A stretch of 63,951 nucleotides of DNA, filler included, from an uncultured Methanosarcinales archaeon (GTDB lineage: Archaea; Nanobdellota; Nanobdellia; Woesearchaeales; CALCXY01): the NCBI GenBank assembly GCA_964385185.1. It is 4 parts of 4 records of this genome, joined end to end, with 100 filler letters (N's around TTAATTAATTAA, not from the genome) between each part and the next. Parts side by side here need not be neighbours in the genome. Positions count along the whole stretch, not along the records: positions 60,476 to 63,951 come from CAYLOA010000053.1; 3 more parts are not named here. One strand, 5' to 3'. The position numbers and the translations under genes are program-made. Of the stretch, positions 60,971-63,951 are shown piece after piece (the stretch's first letter is position 1; each line of letters begins with the position of its first letter). The notes under the pieces were generated by a model. It saw nothing but the letters and a program-made list of their open reading frames with translations, was not told where the DNA came from and searched no databases.

Positions 60971-61887
60971 ATGCAAGATTTCGTGTTGCTGTATTAGGAC
61001 CTGGAGCTATTGGTGGGTTTTTGGCTGCCTTGTTTTGGAAAAAGGGGTATGATGTTTCTTGTATTGGGAAAAAAGCTTCAGTTGTGCAAATAGCAAGAGA
61101 TGGTATTTACCTTAAGAGTAGGTTTTTCGGGGATTTGATAGCTCATCCTAAAGCACACACGAAATTGAATGAACAGGTCGATGTGTTGTTTATAACTGTT
61201 AAAGCTCCCTTTTTAGTTAATGCTATAGATCGAATTGATATAAATTGTATAAAAAATTCAGTTATTATTCCTTTGCTAAATGGAGTAGGGCATTGCGAAA
61301 TAATTCGCTCACAACTCGGTGCAAGAATTGCTGTTGGTACTATCGGATTAGTTGAAGCAAAAATAAACCGCAAAGGAATCATTTGTCATTTATCAAATAA
61401 TAAACCCCACATTGACATTGCATCTGCTTCTGATATTTCTGAAGAATTACAAAAAAAGATCATTAATGCTGTAAAATTAGCTGGAATTTCTATCTCTGTC
61501 TTAGGTACAGAAAAAGAGGTTATCTGGTCTAAGTTAGTACGTTTAAATGCTATAGCGTCATTAACTGCTGCTTTTCAAAAAACCATTGGAACTATTCGTT
61601 CTGATACTGAATTAAGGTTATTGTTAAAGGAAATTGTGGAAGAAGGGGCTTTGGTTGCTGGGTTTGAAGGAGTACAAATTGAGCCTGAAGAGATAGTTAG
61701 GCAAATAGATTTACTTCCCAAAACACTTAAGACTTCATTACAGTGGGATATTCAAAGAGGTAAGTCATCTGAACTGGATGCCATTACTGGTGGAGTAATA
61801 AAATTAGCAAAAATTTATGGAGTTTCTTTGCCAGCTCACAAACATGTGTATAGGTTAATCAAAGAACGCTTGGCTTCTTTTGGGTAG
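60958..61887 (+). CDS. panE: Ketopantoate reductase family protein
   Basis: GPGAIGG, TVKA, LNGVG, WSKL, TSLQWD...SELDAITG. Confidence 0.85.
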   Translation: MAKVDARFRVAVLGPGAIGGFLAALFWKKGYDVSCIGKKASVVQIARDGIYLKSRFFGDLIAHPKAHTKLNEQVDVLFITVKAPFLVNAIDRIDINCIKNSVIIPLLNGVGHCEIIRSQLGARIAVGTIGLVEAKINRKGIICHLSNNKPHIDIASASDISEELQKKIINAVKLAGISISVLGTEKEVIWSKLVRLNAIASLTAAFQKTIGTIRSDTELRLLLKEIVEEGALVAGFEGVQIEPEEIVRQIDLLPKTLKTSLQWDIQRGKSSELDAITGGVIKLAKIYGVSLPAHKHVYRLIKERLASFG

Positions 61888-61931
61888 TAGATTGTACGTC
61901 TGTCTACTCCTGAATAAAATTGTAATTATGT

Positions 61932-62663
61932 ATGACACTTAATAACAAAAAAATTATGGGAATTGTTGGCATTCGCTCTGGATCAAAAGGAGTACCAAAT
62001 AAGAATATTCAACCGCTTTTTGGTAAACCTTTAGTTGGCTGGATTCTAGATGTTGCTAAAAACTCAAAGTATATAAATCGTCTAGTGGTTTCAACTGACT
62101 CTCAAGAATATGCAGATGTAGCTACTTCATTCGGTGCGGAAGTGCCTTGTCTACGTCCGCCGGAGTTTGCTACTGATTTTTCACCAGAGTTCGAGTATGT
62201 AAAGCATATGATTGAGTGGCTTGAGACTAATGAAGCCTATAAACCTGATATTGTTGTTCGTTTGATGTCAACTGTTCCTTTGCAAACTAGTGAAGATATT
62301 GATGCGGTTATTAAGATATTAATCGAAGATGAAAAGGCTGACTCAGCTGTAGTTATTTCAGAGGCAAGGCAACACCCTATGAAAGCATTAAAGATTATTG
62401 ATGATGGTGAAGGAGGAGAGGGACTAGTAACCTATTTTTCTGATTCAAGTCATGAAGTAACTCCAATTGCAAGGCAAAATTATGAACAGGCATATTATAG
62501 AAGTAACGTAATTGCATTTAATAGTAATGTACTGTTCAATACTAATTCTCTTACTGGAGATGTTGTCCGTTTTCACAAAATACCACAAGATAGAGCTATA
62601 GATATTGATAACGAGATAGATTTTCAATTAGCTGAACTAATTCTAAGAAACTATGAACAATAA
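61932..62663 (+). CDS. Acylneuraminate cytidylyltransferase family (NeuA-like)
   Basis: RSGSKGVPNKN, VVSTDS, DIDNEIDF. Confidence 0.9.
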   Translation: MTLNNKKIMGIVGIRSGSKGVPNKNIQPLFGKPLVGWILDVAKNSKYINRLVVSTDSQEYADVATSFGAEVPCLRPPEFATDFSPEFEYVKHMIEWLETNEAYKPDIVVRLMSTVPLQTSEDIDAVIKILIEDEKADSAVVISEARQHPMKALKIIDDGEGGEGLVTYFSDSSHEVTPIARQNYEQAYYRSNVIAFNSNVLFNTNSLTGDVVRFHKIPQDRAIDIDNEIDFQLAELILRNYEQ

Positions 62664-62692
62664 ATCTTTCGTGTTGTCATAACTAAAATGCT

Positions 62693-63951
62693 ATGCAGAA
62701 ATTAAGAATTATTCCTCAATCAGATTTTCTTAGAATTAAAGACACTGATATTTCAACAACGCTAAAATTATCAATTATTGCTGATATGTGCAGATTGAAT
62801 ACATTGGTTGCTGTCAAAAAGGCTGGTTCCGGTCATTTGGGTTCAAGTTTCAGCGCAATGGATATTGTAGTATGGCTCTACTACTGTGAGATGAATACTT
62901 TAAATTTGGGATTTGATAGTGAAGACCGTGACATTTACTTCTCTTCCAAAGGTCATGATGTACCCGGTCTATACTCCGTACTCCATTCTTTGGGTATGAT
63001 TTCGGATGAAAAATTGCTTATGTTGAGACGTTTGGGGGGGTTGCATGGTCATCCGGATGTGAGTGATCTTGGGATCGAGGCAAATTCTGGATCTCTAGGA
63101 ATGGGTATATCCAAAGGGCGAGGGATGGCCTGGGCAAAAGACTTTCTAAACAGGGAAGGACGCGTCTTTGTAATGACAGGTGACGGTGAGCTTCAAGAAG
63201 GTCAAGTATACGAAGCGCTACAGGGAGCCGCACATCTGAACAAAGGGTATCCTACTGTTATTGTTGACCATAACAAGGTGCAAACAGATAAGCTACTGGA
63301 AGAAATAGTAGACTTGAGAGATTTAGAGAAAAAATTATCAACCTTTGGGTGGTTCATTGTGCGATGTAATGGTCATGATTTTGATGAATTAGAGAGAGCA
63401 TTTAGTGCATGTAACAATGTAACGAATCAGCCGAGACTAATTATTGCGGATACAATTAAGGGAAAAGGTATCTCTTTTATGGAACACCCTTTAGCTCTGG
63501 ATAAGGGTAATGGCTTCTATCCTTGGCATGCTGGAGCACCAGACGATGATTCCTTTGCCGCAGGCTTAAATGAGCTCAGGATTAGAATAAATAAGATTCT
63601 AAAAGGATTATCTCTTGGTCCGTTGTCCCTTAAAGATACTATACCTTTGAAAAATAATAAGGAAAAATTGAATGCTTCTTTGGTTGGAGAGCAGCTGAGC
63701 CAGGCTAGCATTGATAAGCAGAAAGAAGTTTCAGAGGAGTATGTAGCAAATGCCTATGGTGAAGCATTGGTGGAATTAGCCGACAAAAGGAAAGATTTTG
63801 TAGTTCTCGATGGAGATTTGTCGGTTGATTGCCGTTTAAGGAATTTTGAAAGAAAATACCCTGACCGTTTTATTGAAGTAGGGATTGCTGAACAGGACAT
63901 GGTATCAATGGCTGGAGGTCTGGCAAGGCAAGACCTGATTCCCATTGTAAA
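62693..63951 (+). CDS. Transketolase-like ThDP enzyme (runs off window; absent from ORF track)
   Basis: AGSGHLGSS, SKGH, LHGHP, SGSLGMG, GDGELQEG, TIKGKG, EVGIAEQDM. Confidence 0.92.
   Translation, partial: MQKLRIIPQSDFLRIKDTDISTTLKLSIIADMCRLNTLVAVKKAGSGHLGSSFSAMDIVVWLYYCEMNTLNLGFDSEDRDIYFSSKGHDVPGLYSVLHSLGMISDEKLLMLRRLGGLHGHPDVSDLGIEANSGSLGMGISKGRGMAWAKDFLNREGRVFVMTGDGELQEGQVYEALQGAAHLNKGYPTVIVDHNKVQTDKLLEEIVDLRDLEKKLSTFGWFIVRCNGHDFDELERAFSACNNVTNQPRLIIADTIKGKGISFMEHPLALDKGNGFYPWHAGAPDDDSFAAGLNELRIRINKILKGLSLGPLSLKDTIPLKNNKEKLNASLVGEQLSQASIDKQKEVSEEYVANAYGEALVELADKRKDFVVLDGDLSVDCRLRNFERKYPDRFIEVGIAEQDMVSMAGGLARQDLIPIV

Overview
Archaeal draft-genome window of DPANN type, most like Woesearchaeota (inferred from gene content and protein style). 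It is four contigs joined by N/TTAATTAATTAA linkers (21161-21260, 41079-41178, 60376-60475), plus one scaffold gap (34730-34829). Contig 1 holds the rpoH-B''-B'-A'-A''-L30e-nusA / S12-S7 cluster, tRNA-Asp with three introns, tRNA-Lys with a D-loop intron, two tandem integrated units at the 3' end of tRNA-Tyr (one carrying a PhnY-like ALDH / DUF1611-like / M20 operon), rpl15e and a TSP1-domain surface protein. Contig 2 holds orphan genes, tRNA-Glu, agmatinase, tRNA-Ser flanked by duplications of both its ends, an ftsZ cluster, rps10-EF1a and EF2-ndk-L24e-S28e. Contigs 3-4 encode surface-glycan biosynthesis. The most striking signals are non-coding: (i) tiny hairpin inserts that duplicate the ends of essential genes and share a stem-GA-NN-RAA-NN-GA-stem motif, which also sits inside a tRNA intron; (ii) tandem tRNA-Tyr elements with identical ends but different cargo; (iii) six tRNA introns, three at non-canonical positions. 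All calls come from reading the sequence; no database searches were run.
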